Counted from the first letter of the stretch, positions 1 to 12,251 are shown. The stretch is DNA of 64,000 nucleotides from Takakia lepidozioides (GCA_030704615.1 CM060732.1:34596001-34660000); one strand, 5' to 3'. Numbers and translations are program-made. Notes: a model not told the origin generated them from the letters alone.

Positions 1-398
1 GAGATGGAAAGCTCGTTCGGCGTTTCCCTCCAACCGCTGAACACTTTGGCAAAGTGGAGTCCGCAAGAATGCTCCAAGCTCGTGTCGGAAGCACCACGGA
101 AGTACCCGATCCAGGATATGGTCGGGTATTCACAATCATCACTTCCACATCTGCTGTTCATGACAGGACCTACGACATCACGGTTTCCAATTTCCCCAAT
201 TGCACATGTCCTGATTTTGTGAATATGCTATCAACCAGTTTGGGCAAGAGAGGTAAATTCATACCCTGCAAACATTTGTATTTCATATTTTTGAGGAGGA
301 TGGTTTGCGATCCCAAACGTGACAACTTCATTCACCAGGCCACTATGAGTTTTAACGAGGTCGATACTCTTTTGCAGCGGGATACAACACATGGGTAG
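1..398 (+). CDS. C-terminal SWIM zinc-finger part of a Mutator-like transposase (truncated by window start)
   Basis: ORF 54-398 has Y.ITVSNFPNCTCPDF...PCKHLYF (SWIM CxCx(n)CxH). It aligns almost residue for residue with ORF 35597-35911 (-). Confidence 0.8.
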   Translation, partial: DGKLVRRFPPTAEHFGKVESARMLQARVGSTTEVPDPGYGRVFTIITSTSAVHDRTYDITVSNFPNCTCPDFVNMLSTSLGKRGKFIPCKHLYFIFLRRMVCDPKRDNFIHQATMSFNEVDTLLQRDTTHG

Positions 399-779
399 CA
401 TGAACTATGTAATGTGGTATGTGGATGACCATGATTTGAAATGTGTAATTCACATCAATTCGTCGGCTGTGCAATGATATGGCCTCCAACTATACGGAGT
501 GAGCTCTGAGTGACAACTTTTAGGTAGTGCACATTTGTCATTGCACCGTTCGAAGTGTACATGTCTTGCTGTCGCTATGCACTACAATCATCTTTTGAAG
601 ATGATCATAACTCTCATTGTTATTTGAGAAGGGAGGAAGTCTTCTCGTGGCAGCCTTTATGGCGCACACTTTGTGAGGATATTTTGTCGTCTTCGTAATT
701 GTAAAAGTGAAACAAGCATTTGTAATTGCACAATGTTGGATGCTGCAATTGTAGGCCTCAACGCTCGTCTTGATTCTAT

Positions 780-1010
780 TTAGGCAAGATTCCCTGCATT
801 AATTCCACGGTCATAGGACCATCCACGGTTATAGGCGGCACATGTTAATGCTGACGTGGCAGTTGACGGATAGTGCCACGTCATCATTTACCGCCACATC
901 AGCATGCTGACATGACGCTCACGCCACGTCAGCGTGTGTGCAGGCTCACGCCACGTCACTCCTGCGTGAGCGTACGCTCGCGCGCTCACGTGCAACGCTC
1001 ACGCCATTGC
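780..1010. repeat. Subterminal region of the Mutator-like element, with repeated GCCACGTCA, GCTCACGC and CCACGGT.ATAGG motifs
   Basis: GCCACGTCA/TGACGTGGC at ~852, 875, 922 and 950, plus several GCTCACG copies. The GCTCACG and CCRCGGT.ATAGG motifs recur at 34497-34625 and 45945-46035. Confidence 0.55.
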
Positions 1011-1585
1011 GTTGTTGCAAGTGCTCCACTTGATTCAGGTCCAACGGGTTGGGATGTCCTGGTTGTAGTCTCAACCTCACCTGCTGGGTCTACTTCTTTA
1101 TACTCCTCATCTTCCAATTTCTTCTCTCTATTTTCATCTTCCAAGTTCTGCCCTTGGGCTTCTTCTTCTTCACTCATGTAACTATTTTGTAATAGTGTTG
1201 GAGAGTTTGAATTCTCCGTTGGTTCTGCCATCTCCTCCCCAGTTTCAGAAACTAGAGTTCCTGCTCTTGGTGTCCCATGCCAACTCTTATCAAAGATTTC
1301 TGTTAAATCTTTTATCCAGGGATGCACCTCAGATTTTTCACCTCGTGTTTGATCTTCTTCCCCTGCCAATTCCCTTAATCTTTCTTGCAAAGAATAAGAA
1401 GGTGTAGTATCCAACTCTAGCTCTTCCGGTATAGGTGATGTACTCCTTGATCTCAATGGTGTGAGAGGTCCAGATGATTCCCCAATGTCTATTCCTCTCT
1501 CCCAAATGTACGGATAATTAGCTTTCAGATAACTTTCTCTTTTTGCTGTATATCTCTGGAGTCTATCTTCTCTTTCATCACTCAT
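986..1585 (-). CDS. Unknown acidic, low-complexity ORF of the LTR element, probably truncated near 1010
   Basis: 199-aa E/S/T-rich ORF. Its last codons run into the Mutator-like subterminal repeats. Confidence 0.4.
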   Translation of the reverse strand: MSDEREDRLQRYTAKRESYLKANYPYIWERGIDIGESSGPLTPLRSRSTSPIPEELELDTTPSYSLQERLRELAGEEDQTRGEKSEVHPWIKDLTEIFDKSWHGTPRAGTLVSETGEEMAEPTENSNSPTLLQNSYMSEEEEAQGQNLEDENREKKLEDEEYKEVDPAGEVETTTRTSQPVGPESSGALATTQWRERCT

Positions 1586-1606
1586 GTCCCATGTCCTTCA
1601 TTTCTT

Positions 1607-2302
1607 TTAATGTGGCAATGACCAAAACTCCCTTCTGTAATATCTCTCGTATATGCTTGGGTTTCTTTCAAGCTTCAATGTATCTCTGAATATACTAGAA
1701 GTCTCCGTTACCATATACCCATATGGTAAACAAGTCTGGAAAGCTGTTCTTGGTGTGAGTTTGATCCACAAGATATCCTTTGGTATCCAGTTCTTTACCA
1801 GTACCAACTCCTCATGCATATGAGTATAAACATTCACTTTTCTTTCCTCCCAGCTTTCAAACTCTACTCGCTTAATGGATAGCAGGGCTATCACATAAAC
1901 CAGTGTTGGTAACCAACGCGCTCTTCCTCTATAGGCTACCTGATAAATCTTTATCACTCCCTTCTCCAAACCCCATTCCGGGTCAGCATCATGCACTCTC
2001 TTCAGAATATTTTCTTTACAACCGTCTGGCAATTCCAAGAACCTCTCAAAGAATTGTTTAGACAATGCCTCCTTCTTTGTTCCACAGGGAATTTGATTCA
2101 CATCAAATACTTTAATTCTCCAACCGCCATGATCCCACCAGATGCCTGTCACATCTGGTTGTTCATTACTCAGTTCCCCAGTATGGTCGCCAAATGTCGC
2201 ACGGCTTTTACTCACCCATCCCTTCGCTATCCGAGGGGGAAACTCCAAGATAGAAGAGTTGGATATCTCTAAGTATTCAGCCCGCGCTGAATAATCAGTC
2301 AT
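1607..2302 (-). CDS. Unknown 231-aa ORF carried by the LTR element
   Basis: Uninterrupted ORF with globular-looking composition, same strand as gag. No family recognised. Confidence 0.45.
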   Translation of the reverse strand: MTDYSARAEYLEISNSSILEFPPRIAKGWVSKSRATFGDHTGELSNEQPDVTGIWWDHGGWRIKVFDVNQIPCGTKKEALSKQFFERFLELPDGCKENILKRVHDADPEWGLEKGVIKIYQVAYRGRARWLPTLVYVIALLSIKRVEFESWEERKVNVYTHMHEELVLVKNWIPKDILWIKLTPRTAFQTCLPYGYMVTETSSIFRDTLKLERNPSIYERYYRREFWSLPH

Positions 2303-2798
2303 GACCTGCAGCTAGCGAATCATGGTGGTGGTTCCTATTCCTATTCCTTTTTACTTTTGTATTCTCTGTCTTCTTTATCATAAACACTTAAGTGTCAGAT
2401 TGCTCCTTTGACCCTATATGATTCCATTCACAGCTTCACTCAAGTCTCTCTACACAAGGTGTTGATATCGGATAAGAATCAGATTGATGATAATCCGGTA
2501 CATATTGATGCCATAGCATCTCTGATCTATCCTCATTGGTAATCCTACAGCTTGTACTAACTATGTCCCCATCATTCCTTCTTCCTTGCTGTTGTCATAC
2601 CATTGCTTCTCTCCACCTACTTCCCTTCCTCCGATCTCTGAAATGACTAAAGAGTGATCCTTTTCCAGTCCCGCTATTGGCTTTATCTTTCTGGCCAGCT
2701 GTTCTAACCGTTTCCCCCACTGACCGTCATTCTTGAATAGCATGTTCCCCTCGCAGATGTTGTTCCCCACAGTCGTTCCCCGTTCCCTATTACCATGA

Positions 2799-2962
2799 CT
2801 GGCTGTGATTGGCTGTGTGAAACTGTGACGGGCTGTAACTGGCTGTGCGGCTATGACGGGCTGTGTCTGGCTGTGACTGGCTGTGACGGACTGTGACGGG
2901 CTGTGACTGGCTGTGTCGGGTTGTGTCGGGCTGTGTCGGGTTGTGTCTGACTATGACTAGTC
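2799..2962. repeat. Degenerate ~10-bp tandem repeat (GGCTGTGACT-like) inside the LTR element
   Basis: Visible run of ctgtgactgg / ctgtgacggg / ctgtgtcggg units. Confidence 0.85.
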
Positions 2963-3040
2963 TATGTAAAAAAATAAGGGTACCCCTTGGAACCCATAAA
3001 AGTGTCTAAGTCCCAGACCCCACAGATCCCTTAAAAGTTC

Positions 3041-3904
3041 CTAAGTCCCAGACAGTCCTCTAACAACCCTCACTTCATTCTCAAAATTGCAGGCCAAACG
3101 ATATGTTTCTGCCTCGGTACGAGGGTTGTGGGCTTTGACCTTAAATTTGAGAGAATCACTGAGGCCATCGACAAAAAAATCAACTCTGTCCTCTTCACTC
3201 AACGAGGGGAAATAACTGGCATGGGTTTCAAATTTCGTCTTAAACTCTCCCACGCTCATAGTCTCTTGCTTCAGCCTGAACAATTCAACTTTCATCTTGT
3301 GTGCATAGTCGCCAGGTAGGTAATGGGCTAAGAACAGTGTCTTAAACATAGCCCAACTATCCACAGGCGGTTTCTTGTGTTCACGGCGTTCCTGCTTCTA
3401 ACGTGACCACCACAGTTTGGCGGCATCACGGAGCTGTAGAGCAGCTGTCTGTATCTTGGCTTCCTCTGAATAATCGTCTTCAAAGAACTCTTCTAATGTA
3501 TCCAGGAAAGACAATATTTCTTCAGACTTGACAGATGGCTTACCATAGAATTCTGGCAACTTCACCAATCTTCTAATCTCCCTGGTGACATCCTTACTTC
3601 TCTTCATCTTGGCCTCATGGGAGTCAGCCTCAGATTCACCCTCATTCAGTGGCTCACTCATAGGTAGATCCCTAGATCGCTTTTCCGTTTGAGTTTGTGC
3701 AGGGGCCAATTTCTGTATCTCAGATCGAATCAAAGTACCTAAGGCCTCCATCTGCTGCTGGGAAAATAACTGACTTCCATGTTCGCGATCTGAAGCTCAG
3801 TGCAGACTAGCCTCATCTGAGCGCTCACGGTCTCCAGCCATTTCACTATCCTGATCGTCGTCACCGGGTTGCGTGCTCACAGAGCCGAACGAGATCTGGC
3901 TCAT
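3041..3904 (-). pseudogene. Ty3/gypsy-type gag with two in-frame stops
   Basis: KLPEFYG...AALQLRDAAKLWW...WAMFKTLFLAHY...LKQETMSVGEF...FVDGL. ORFs 3398-3751 and 3041-3364 are in the same frame as the ATG at 3904. Confidence 0.8.
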
Positions 3905-3969
3905 CCACACGATTACCCTACTTCTGGAAATTGCGAAATTCACAATCTATTCTGCCCGATCGCAAACCA

Positions 3970-3981
3970 GCTCTGATACCA
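3970..3981 (-). promoter_or_regulatory. Primer-binding site for tRNA-iMet
   Basis: Plus strand gctctgatacca, i.e. TGGTATCAGAGC on the - strand. Confidence 0.9.
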
Positions 3982-3983
3982 CT

Positions 3984-4921
3984 TGTAAAAGATCTGACTC
4001 TCTTTCCTTTGTCCAACTATGACCAAATTCAGGCGCTTTGCTTGGTTTGCTGTTCACAGGGAATTTACCAAAACTCCAAAGAAAACTGATTGCTCGATTT
4101 CATCCTACAGGAAAATCAACAACGCTGCCAGGGCACTTCCCTCTTCATAACCCTAGGGCCTAAATTCAATCCAAAACCAATATGGATGTCTTGCAACCAG
4201 ACTCTTTTATTTCTGTCACAACTCTTCGATTCAGATCGTAACAGAGATACTCCAGCCCAACGACAGTTCAGCCCTGTTCTTCACGAAAGCATATTCACAA
4301 GTCTTAAAGCGAACCTTCCTTGTTCCAAACTATTCACAGGGTTTACACCATCATTCTATACAAAAGAGAACTCTTAGTTCCTGCCGCTGCAAGGCACAAA
4401 AAACCAGCGACGACTATTCCAACATTATTCTAATACAGCACCGGTTACACGTCCGGTCCACCCAGCCACCACGCCATGCTACATACTGATTTCCTGTCAA
4501 CACAGATCTGCTCCAAATGCCTGTACACCATCCTTCTCTCCTCAACGCACTTTCCATACCCAAGCCTCATCTTTTAAAATCCCTAATCGTGGATTTCTTC
4601 ATGCACACGAGCCTGCTCCAATTTTACCTGCAACTGTCAGTTCGTCGATATTTCAGCTGTCTCTTGCTACGCCAGACTGGTTGACAGGTCGATGTTTGTT
4701 CCAGGCACCTAACACCTTGTGTAAAGAGGGTCCGGCTCACTGTCTAACTTACGTTACTAAGTTACGTTATCAGATATCTGCAGTCAACAAGTAAGGAGGG
4801 GCCGACGCTGCTCACTTTGTACCATCTGCACTCACCAAATATAAGAAGGGGCCCACCGCTCTCTACCATCTGCACTCACCAAGTAAGTGACAATAGGGGG
4901 GACCACTCTCACTTTTCTACA
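3984..4921 (-). repeat. Probable 5' LTR (~940 bp, TG...CA)
   Basis: On the - strand it starts TGTAGAAAAG (4921) and ends TTTTACA (3984), 2 nt before the PBS. No second LTR is present to confirm the outer edge. Confidence 0.6.
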
Positions 4922-5429
4922 AATCTCAGCTATGCATGTGTGCTACAAAAGTCCAGTGTCCAGTATTTCTACGTTTGAAAGTTGTTTGCTATAGTGTTTC
5001 ACGTTGTAAACGAGCGCATAAGCTAGGGACATTGGAAACTGGTACCTGCAGGCATGATTTCACATAAATAAACACCTTGAAAAGTTGAAAGTAACATGTA
5101 CACATGTCTCCGATATAGCTTGCAACTTGGACCCACGTTAGAAGAGAGAATGGAGCAGCGCTAACTTAATCAGATTACATCCTTGGGTCTTGTACAAAGA
5201 ACCAGCAAAAGTTCAACGGTCCAATTAAGTAGAGACTGGAGACGACGATCAGCAATGCTTAGAGTTCAAGCAATAGGGACACTTTCAACATCCAGGTCCA
5301 ATGCAGTAGACGACGATCAGGAAACTGCCCGTACCCTAAATTGGTTATCCAAGTACTGCCCTCTGAAATCGGAGTGTTTGGGCATCAGTTATTATAGAGG
5401 ATGTCCAAAATTGATTGAACATACTATGT

Positions 5430-5790
5430 AGCAGATGTGGGGATGCAATCCATTTGGATATATAGGATGTATAGGTGCGAGATGCCTAGATTTGTTCTTT
5501 GGTTTCGCCTACAACGTATGTAAGCAAGTAGCGTATGGGAGCTATTTCTGGGAATCGAGCTATGGTTGTTGTTAGCCAATACGGATGTGTGTGTGCTAGA
5601 TGGATAGGATCACCTGTGGGGTTGATAGTAGGTTGAATGGCTCCAAGTTTGGCAAGTTGGTCTACTATCTCAATACCCACAATGCCAATCTGGGAGCAAA
5701 CTTTGTGGAGGTAAATTTGTAGTGATGAGGAGTTTACGATATCAATGATAGCCTTAATAAGATGAATGTACATTTGAAATGAAAGATCCT
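5430..5790 (-). pseudogene. Non-LTR retrotransposon RNase H-like fragment
   Basis: LHKVCSQIGIVGIEIVDQLAKLGA resembles the RNase H motif KV.AH.GI.GNE.AD.LAK. Confidence 0.6.
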
Positions 5791-6100
5791 CCCTCCATGT
5801 TCTTAAGTTGGTCCTTAAGTTGGTCGCAGGATATGAATAGTATATAATTTTTATAGTATAGTGGCTGGCAAGTTCAATCAGGCATCACTAGAATTAAGGG
5901 CCTGATCAGTGAGACAGTGGTCGAACCCAATTGTTTTCATTACAATTCTTTAGTATGAAAGTGCTGAATCCACAAGAAACTGGGTTTGCCATGCTTGTGA
6001 CTATTATCACTATTTCTATTGAGGTCTGTAACTCTATATAGGAAAAGGGGCTGCCCTGCAACCAGCAAAGTCCTTCAGCCCACAACATTGCCCAAAATAC

Positions 6101-8463
6101 TTAAACGCTTTCAAACCATTCTGTAATGCTTCTAGCGAGGACCCGCAAGTCAGCCAAGGCCGCATTTTTCAGCACTTGCGCTACAGCATCAACAGGGCTG
6201 TATTCTCTCCCAACATCCCACTTCACATCCTGCACATGTTTCCTCCACATGAACAAATGATTCGACATTTTCCCTCTACAGCACCAATTTCGAAGACATT
6301 CAGGATGCTGCAAGCTAGATTATGACAGGTTTGCCACGACCAAAACATAAGTGAGGGCAGAGCAAATTCTGCCACATCACAGAGACAATCAGGAAGCATA
6401 CTCTACAAATGACCTTTTTCTGGTGTTCTTCCAACCCTCGTTCTATCTATGACATGTTCTTGTGCTGCTCCAGTAGTTCTCTGGCCGAGACTATGTGCTC
6501 CGAGCAGATTGCCACTGGGAGCAAACAAGGTCAATTGGTGGAGTACACTAAGTACCGCATAGACTTGCATTGTCCTACTCAGTTCCACTTGAAAAGTAAA
6601 TAAAGAGTTGAAGAAAGGTGAGACAAACAGGAGCAAGAGGGGTGGCATGGTTCCTACCTTGGTCAGCTTTACACCAAGAACTCTCCACACAGTGCTTCCA
6701 TTGTCCTACTCAGTCCCACTTGTTCTAAGTTAAGGGTTGGAGAAAGGTGAGACAAGTTCTTACAGGAGCAAGAGGGGTGGCATGGGTCCCATTGAGCACT
6801 ATCTTGGTCAGCTTTCCACCAAGGCTCTCGACACGGGGTTTTATAAGGTCTTCCAAAATGTCAGTTTCATCAATTGTGTCAACTGTAAACTTCACCTACA
6901 CACAACCCAAAGGGTCAAACAATATCCATTCAAACTGAACCTGTAGCCAATCCTGCATGAGCTCAATACATTGCACAAACAAACACACCACTCAGAAGAA
7001 TGACTCGGGAAGACAAGGAACCCTACTAGTAGATTGTTCGGTATGGAATACGACACAGATGCCACCTCTCGATTTTGTGCAGGAGATGGAGTAAATTCTG
7101 AGACTCCTTGTGTCACCTGTTGTCAGAAACCACATCATTCCCGTGAGCATGTACTGTGTATGTACATACACCAAGAAAGGGACAGAGTGTGTGTAGTGTG
7201 TGTACACATCCTACGATTGTCATAGAATTGTGGCCATAGACCCCATTGCCCACTTTGGGCGGAACAAATTAGAGAGAGAGTGTGTTGTTTAGTCATTTCA
7301 AGACTAGTTAGGCATACGTATATAGATTTAGTTCCTTAAAATTTCAACATAGATCATAGACCCTTTCAATGCTATGCTATGATTTGGCTTCATCTCGGAC
7401 TGCATGATAATTTAAAATCTGATTTCCATGGTCCTATGTTTTAGGGGGAAGACATATAAAGATCAGAATGGTAGCTTGAGCCCCCATAATACTACTGAAA
7501 TCACATCATAGTGGTTTCATACCATAGCTGGTCCAAAATGCTCTCAACCTGTAATATGACCAGAAAATACTAGATGATCAATCATATCCAAGCTTAGAAG
7601 ACAATTCACATGTCTGAGGAGGAAGGTTTGAAGTAGCCCTATCATAGTCATGCACACAACCATAGTTAGTGTCAAGCTATGGAAGTAATGAGTGGGTGGG
7701 GGGGGGTGGTAGCAGGAAAACCTCAAGGCTCTTATGCTTGCACCCCCACAGTCCAAAGCTGATTACAGCATACTGCTGTCCTCCTTGTAAACGAGAACAG
7801 AGGTGGACAGATACTCCAACCTACAGATGCAACTGAGTTATACGACAACCAATCAAGTCAAACCTAATGCTCCTTATCAATAGAAGCATATATGTCTTCA
7901 GTGACCCCGCGCTCAGTTTGAGCGGGAACAAAAGGGACAGAACCTACCTCTGTCAGGGGCTGACGTTGGTAGTAAGACTTGCCTTCATATATAGAATTAA
8001 TCCGGGGTTTCCAGAATCCTCTAGAAATCCCTTCACACAAGCATCACTCTGCTGTGTGTGATTTGCCCAAAAACTAGGCCTCATGAGGGCCTGGGCTTTT
8101 GGCTCAGCCTCGAGACTTTCAAAGTTGGTAAACAGGGGTACAGGCACAATTCCCTTGATAGATTTGAAGAGAGTGTCTCTTTGGTGAGAGAACCCCGGAC
8201 AGTGTATCAGAAAATGAATACTGTCTTCAGATTGCCCACACAATGGGCAATTGCACTCTCCCTTTCCTCTCTGCTTCTGTTTGCTGTTCAAAGGTAGGCT
8301 TCCTGCCCTGAGTTTAAATTTCAGTCTAGTGCCGAGAGTGGGTAGACCCTTGAGGTCATCCAAGATGAGCCACAGAGAGAGAGAGAGAGAGAGATTGTAC
8401 TCATAAGACGTTGTTTGCCGTAGCCTTGTGGCCATTGACCCCGCACCCAGTTTGAGCGGGAAC

Positions 8464-8513
<50 letters not shown>

Positions 8514-11500
8514 TGTGTGTGTGTACTAATAAGACTTGGTTTGCCATAGCCTTCTGGCCATAGACCCTGTGCCCAGTTTGGACGGAGACAGAGGGAATAG
8601 ACACTACCTTTGTGAGGGGCTCACTCCCATAGTGGGACTTACCTTGATATAAACAATTAGCTCGGGCTTTCCAGATATCCTCCAGAAAGCTCTTTACACA
8701 AGCATCAATCTGCTGTGTATGGGGAGCCCAAAAGTTAGATCCCCAAAGGATCTATGACTGTTTATAGTTCAAAGGTAGGTTCCTCGCCCCGAGTTTAAAT
8801 TTCGGTGTAATGCCAAGGGTAGATAGGCCCTTCAGATCATCTGCAGATCCTTGCCCATGTCACACACTGGAAACATGTTCAGGGAAGTCTTAGGCCTAGC
8901 TTAATTTTCATCAGACAGTCTTTGGGCGTCAGACAGGGCTTTGAACACAACGACACAACCCCCTCCAGGTCAGCTCATTCAGTAGATTATCCTTCTGGAC
9001 TGATATTCAGATACTTGAAAATCTCTTCTACCCTTTTCACCAAGACTTGGCCTGTTTAATAGGATAATCTTGGTTCCAAGAAATAGCGTTGATTATCTTA
9101 GGGTATCTGGTATTAGACATGCCATTCAACTGACCCCACCATCCGACCTGAATTGATCACATCGAGAGCTTAAAGGGAGGTACTCCAAACTCACCCCAAA
9201 CAGCCCCATTAGCGGTTCTAGAATATGCCAACATGCTCTCTTTGAGAGCCGCCACCTCAATGGACTCCAGAGACTTAAGCATGGTTGGCAAGGCAGGCCT
9301 AATAACCTCATAAAGCATAATGTACTCATAAGACGTTGTTTGCCGTAACCTTGTGGCCATTCAACCCGCGCCCAGTTTGAGCGGAAAGCATAAAGAGAGA
9401 GACAGAGAGAGAGAGGGATGGTCAGAGAACTTTTAAGTGCTCAATAACCAGGATGAACAGTCTTTAACGGGTCAGTAAAACAGGACCTGAGTGAGAACAG
9501 TTGGAATCTGGTCCAAGAACTGGCGGATAGATTGCAAGTTGTCTCCAACAGCAGGAGGCAGGGTAACTGGTGACTCCTGCAATGCCTTGATGGCCTCCAC
9601 TGGTATACAATCAAAACAACTGTTCAGCCCTAAGAGGCCCATGAAGCATCCCGAAAGAGTCACCAAGAACAGCCACATATTGGAAGTCTTATCTCCATGA
9701 TTACTATGCCAGAGAAAAGCTAGAAATGCAAAGCCTACAGGTGGCCAAGCCGTTGGCTGCATGCTTTCAGACTACTTCCCAAGGGCATCCACAGATAATT
9801 GCTCTGTGACGGGAGTATGATCAACTTGGGGTCTGACTCATTCAGTGTAGAAACAGTAACAGTCTTCACAGCACACATTGATACCTGTAAGAGCTCGGGC
9901 AATATCAGTGACAGGTGAAGCATCTATTAAAGGTGCCACCTGGACCATTGTTGGACCCATCTGCATCACCCATGCAACAAATCAAACTTCACAAATAACT
10001 AATGTCAGATCTTGAAAAGAGTCTTATCTTGTCTCTATAGCTAGAACACAAGAAGCAGAGTACCAAATTCAGGGCTGTCTATTTTGGAGGATCGTGTCGA
10101 CACTGCAGTTTATGTCCGGCAAGAGGATACAAGGACAACTTAAAACCTTTACTTCTTTCCAACATATAGTGTTAACTGGGCTGTGGCACTCTTCCACTGT
10201 TGCAAGAATTCTCCAGTTTGCAATAAATTAATTTTGGTAATAAAGGAAAGATCATGAAGGGCACGGGCACGTCTGTATTGAACCTGACAGTGCTACATCA
10301 AGAAACATAGACAGATACCTGATCGAAGAAGGGGACAGCATCAGCAGCAGGCTTATTGTTGAACGAAATGATGGCATTGGCCTGTTCTGTCAGGCAAATC
10401 CATGTCAGCAAGCATTCCACCCTGTCAGCATTATCGAAACTCAGAACAGATGAAATGGGTGTGAATGCCAGCAGCTGGCAATTGTGGCATAAGACAATTC
10501 TCAGATAAATAGCTTCTAGTCTGAATGAATGAAGCAAGCTTCTGGTGCTGTCGCTTAATTAACTGGCCCAGGAAGAGTGGTAAAGTCAACCTGAGGAAGC
10601 TTGCCACTGCTACAAAGACTTCCTATAAGAACCTGCATCAAAGCTCCATTGCTGCTCCCAGTGATCCAACCCAAACACCCAGGACGCTTTAAGACCAGTG
10701 ACAAAGCTCACCAAATTACAACTCCCGGTTGCAAAGAACCTGCATGGGACTCAACCATTGTCATGCCCTCTTCTTGCATTGTTGCAGTTACCATTGGCTG
10801 CTGGCAAAATCTACACAATTTAGGAAAAGTCAGCTGCCGCCCTGACGGTTAATAGAGGAGCTTGTACCTGTGCCCAACACTGAAAATAGGAAGACTGGAG
10901 ACGTCGCAAGGAGAGGATCCAGGCAGTGTGAATCCTGTGTCCGACAGAAGCGAGAGGCAATCGTTGAACTTTTGGTGAATGGCCTGCGCTGAGAGGGCAT
11001 GATCAAAAGTTACGTCATATGGTGTTGCCACGATGAAAAATCCCTCCTTTGCCAACAGCTCTATCAACAGACTGGTCCCATCCATGCCCCCACCATCACA
11101 ATCTCACTGACGGAATAACTTACCAAGTAGCATGTTGCACAATAAGGGCTCTGGACTTGAGACGCAGGTAACAGCACGTTGACGGCGCACAACTGGACAG
11201 AGAGCATGAAAGACAGGTTTGCTAATTCGGCGAAGGGCTCAGCAACTGTGATTGGGTATGACCAACCTTCCTGTTCCCCAGACCGCTACAGCAGCCCACC
11301 CGCGGATAACTAACTTTCGGACCTGATGCCAACCAAACGTTCAATATACATTCTACTGTTTTTCAGTGATGACTATGGTCAGTAGCCAAGTACTCGAACT
11401 AGTGACCAACCCCTGGCATGAACATCCTGTCTGTGCATTAGCCCTAGAAACAGCGCAAGTGTTGTAGCATATTGTCCGAAAGGTACCTATATGTGACATC

Positions 11501-11917
11501 TGGAGCTGCACCGATAAAAGCTCCTCCTAAAAAATGGATGAGCCCCTTTGGCTTCCCTGTTCGCAATGAGGGAGGGTACACCAGGCACTCCCCTATTCGT
11601 GTGAATGGAGCAGTTCGTTGATTTTTTTCTACAGCTGACAGGCCTGCAGCCACCACGCTTCCTCTGGATGACCGAACCCCAGCCCTACTTCGAAAAGAGC
11701 TCTTGGAAGAATGGAATCCAGAGACAGTTCGCGTCCCAGGAAAAGACAACAGAAGCGGTTGCCTTGCAAAACAAATTTGAACGGGACAGTGAAAGCTTGG
11801 TTGAATTGAAAAGTGTGAAGCATGCCAGACAGCCGAGGGTGTTACTCGATCTTTCCTTCGTCGCTGTGTTGGTGTGCATGCAGGTTGAGACAATGCCCTG
11901 CCGCAGAGCTGAGACAT
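6101..11917 (-). CDS. DUF1350 family alpha/beta-hydrolase-like protein with a likely plastid transit peptide. 9 exons: 11917-11487, 11071-10868, 10651-10591, 10381-10319, 9960-9885, 9599-9487, 7116-7027, 6895-6764, 6229-6101
   Basis: Motifs PKGLIHFLGGAFIGAAPDVTY, VATPYDVTFDH, SVGHSNGAL, IISFNNK, SEFTPSP, VKFTVDTIDET and GTHATP. GT-AG junctions keep the frame. Confidence 0.88.
6568..6832. repeat. Tandem ~130-bp duplication covering a DUF1350 exon end and intron start
   Basis: cattgtcctactcag...gaaaggtgagacaa...aggagcaagaggggtggcatgg...ttggtcagcttt occurs at ~6568-6690 and ~6699-6832. Confidence 0.75.
7900..9415 (-). mobile_element. Head-to-tail stack of 5'-truncated LINE 3' ends separated by (TC)n/(AC)n tracts, inside a DUF1350 intron
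   Basis: C-terminal zinc finger KFKLRAGSLPL...CPLCGQSEDSIHFLIHC. The terminus ...CAAACTGGG...GGCAAACAACGTCTTATGAGTACA recurs at ~8395, 8523 and 9321 (partial at 7903). Related copies at ~7226, 55091, 57875 and 58861-59058. Confidence 0.8.
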
Positions 11918-12251
11918 CGCAGACCAAGTCCAAGACCAAGTCTTAGTAAGATCTGCCTGATCTCCCACCCCCTCGCTGGGGGTTGTCAGAGCAGACAGGG
12001 CATCGGGCAGGCATAGCGATGATTGTGCCCCTTTTTGTCACCAACCAATCATCCACACCGTTCATCCATACTGTTCATCCACAATCTGCTACCGGAGGGC
12101 CTCGAGTAGCAGACAGTGGATGAACGCTGTGGATGAACGCTGCCCGTGTTGGAAAGTGTGGTCGGGGTCCTGGCACGACGCAACCTGTTTTTCGGAAGTA
12201 GGGATTTGAGAGTGGGATTTCGGGGACGGAGTCGGGTCGGAGGCAGGCAAG

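Larger units (their letters stand above)
1010..4921 (-). mobile_element. Non-autonomous LTR retroelement: 5' LTR, PBS, gag, tandem repeat, two unknown ORFs, no pol; 3' end lost at the junction with the Mutator-like element
   Basis: PBS TGGTATCAGAGC on - strand at 3970-3981, next to an LTR end ...TTTTACA (3984). Gag-like ORF follows. No RT, RNase H or integrase motifs in 1010-3040. Confidence 0.75.

Noticed and set aside
6403-6603. Coding-looking stretch in the last DUF1350 intron
   Set aside because: Could be a captured gene fragment, but no family was recognised.
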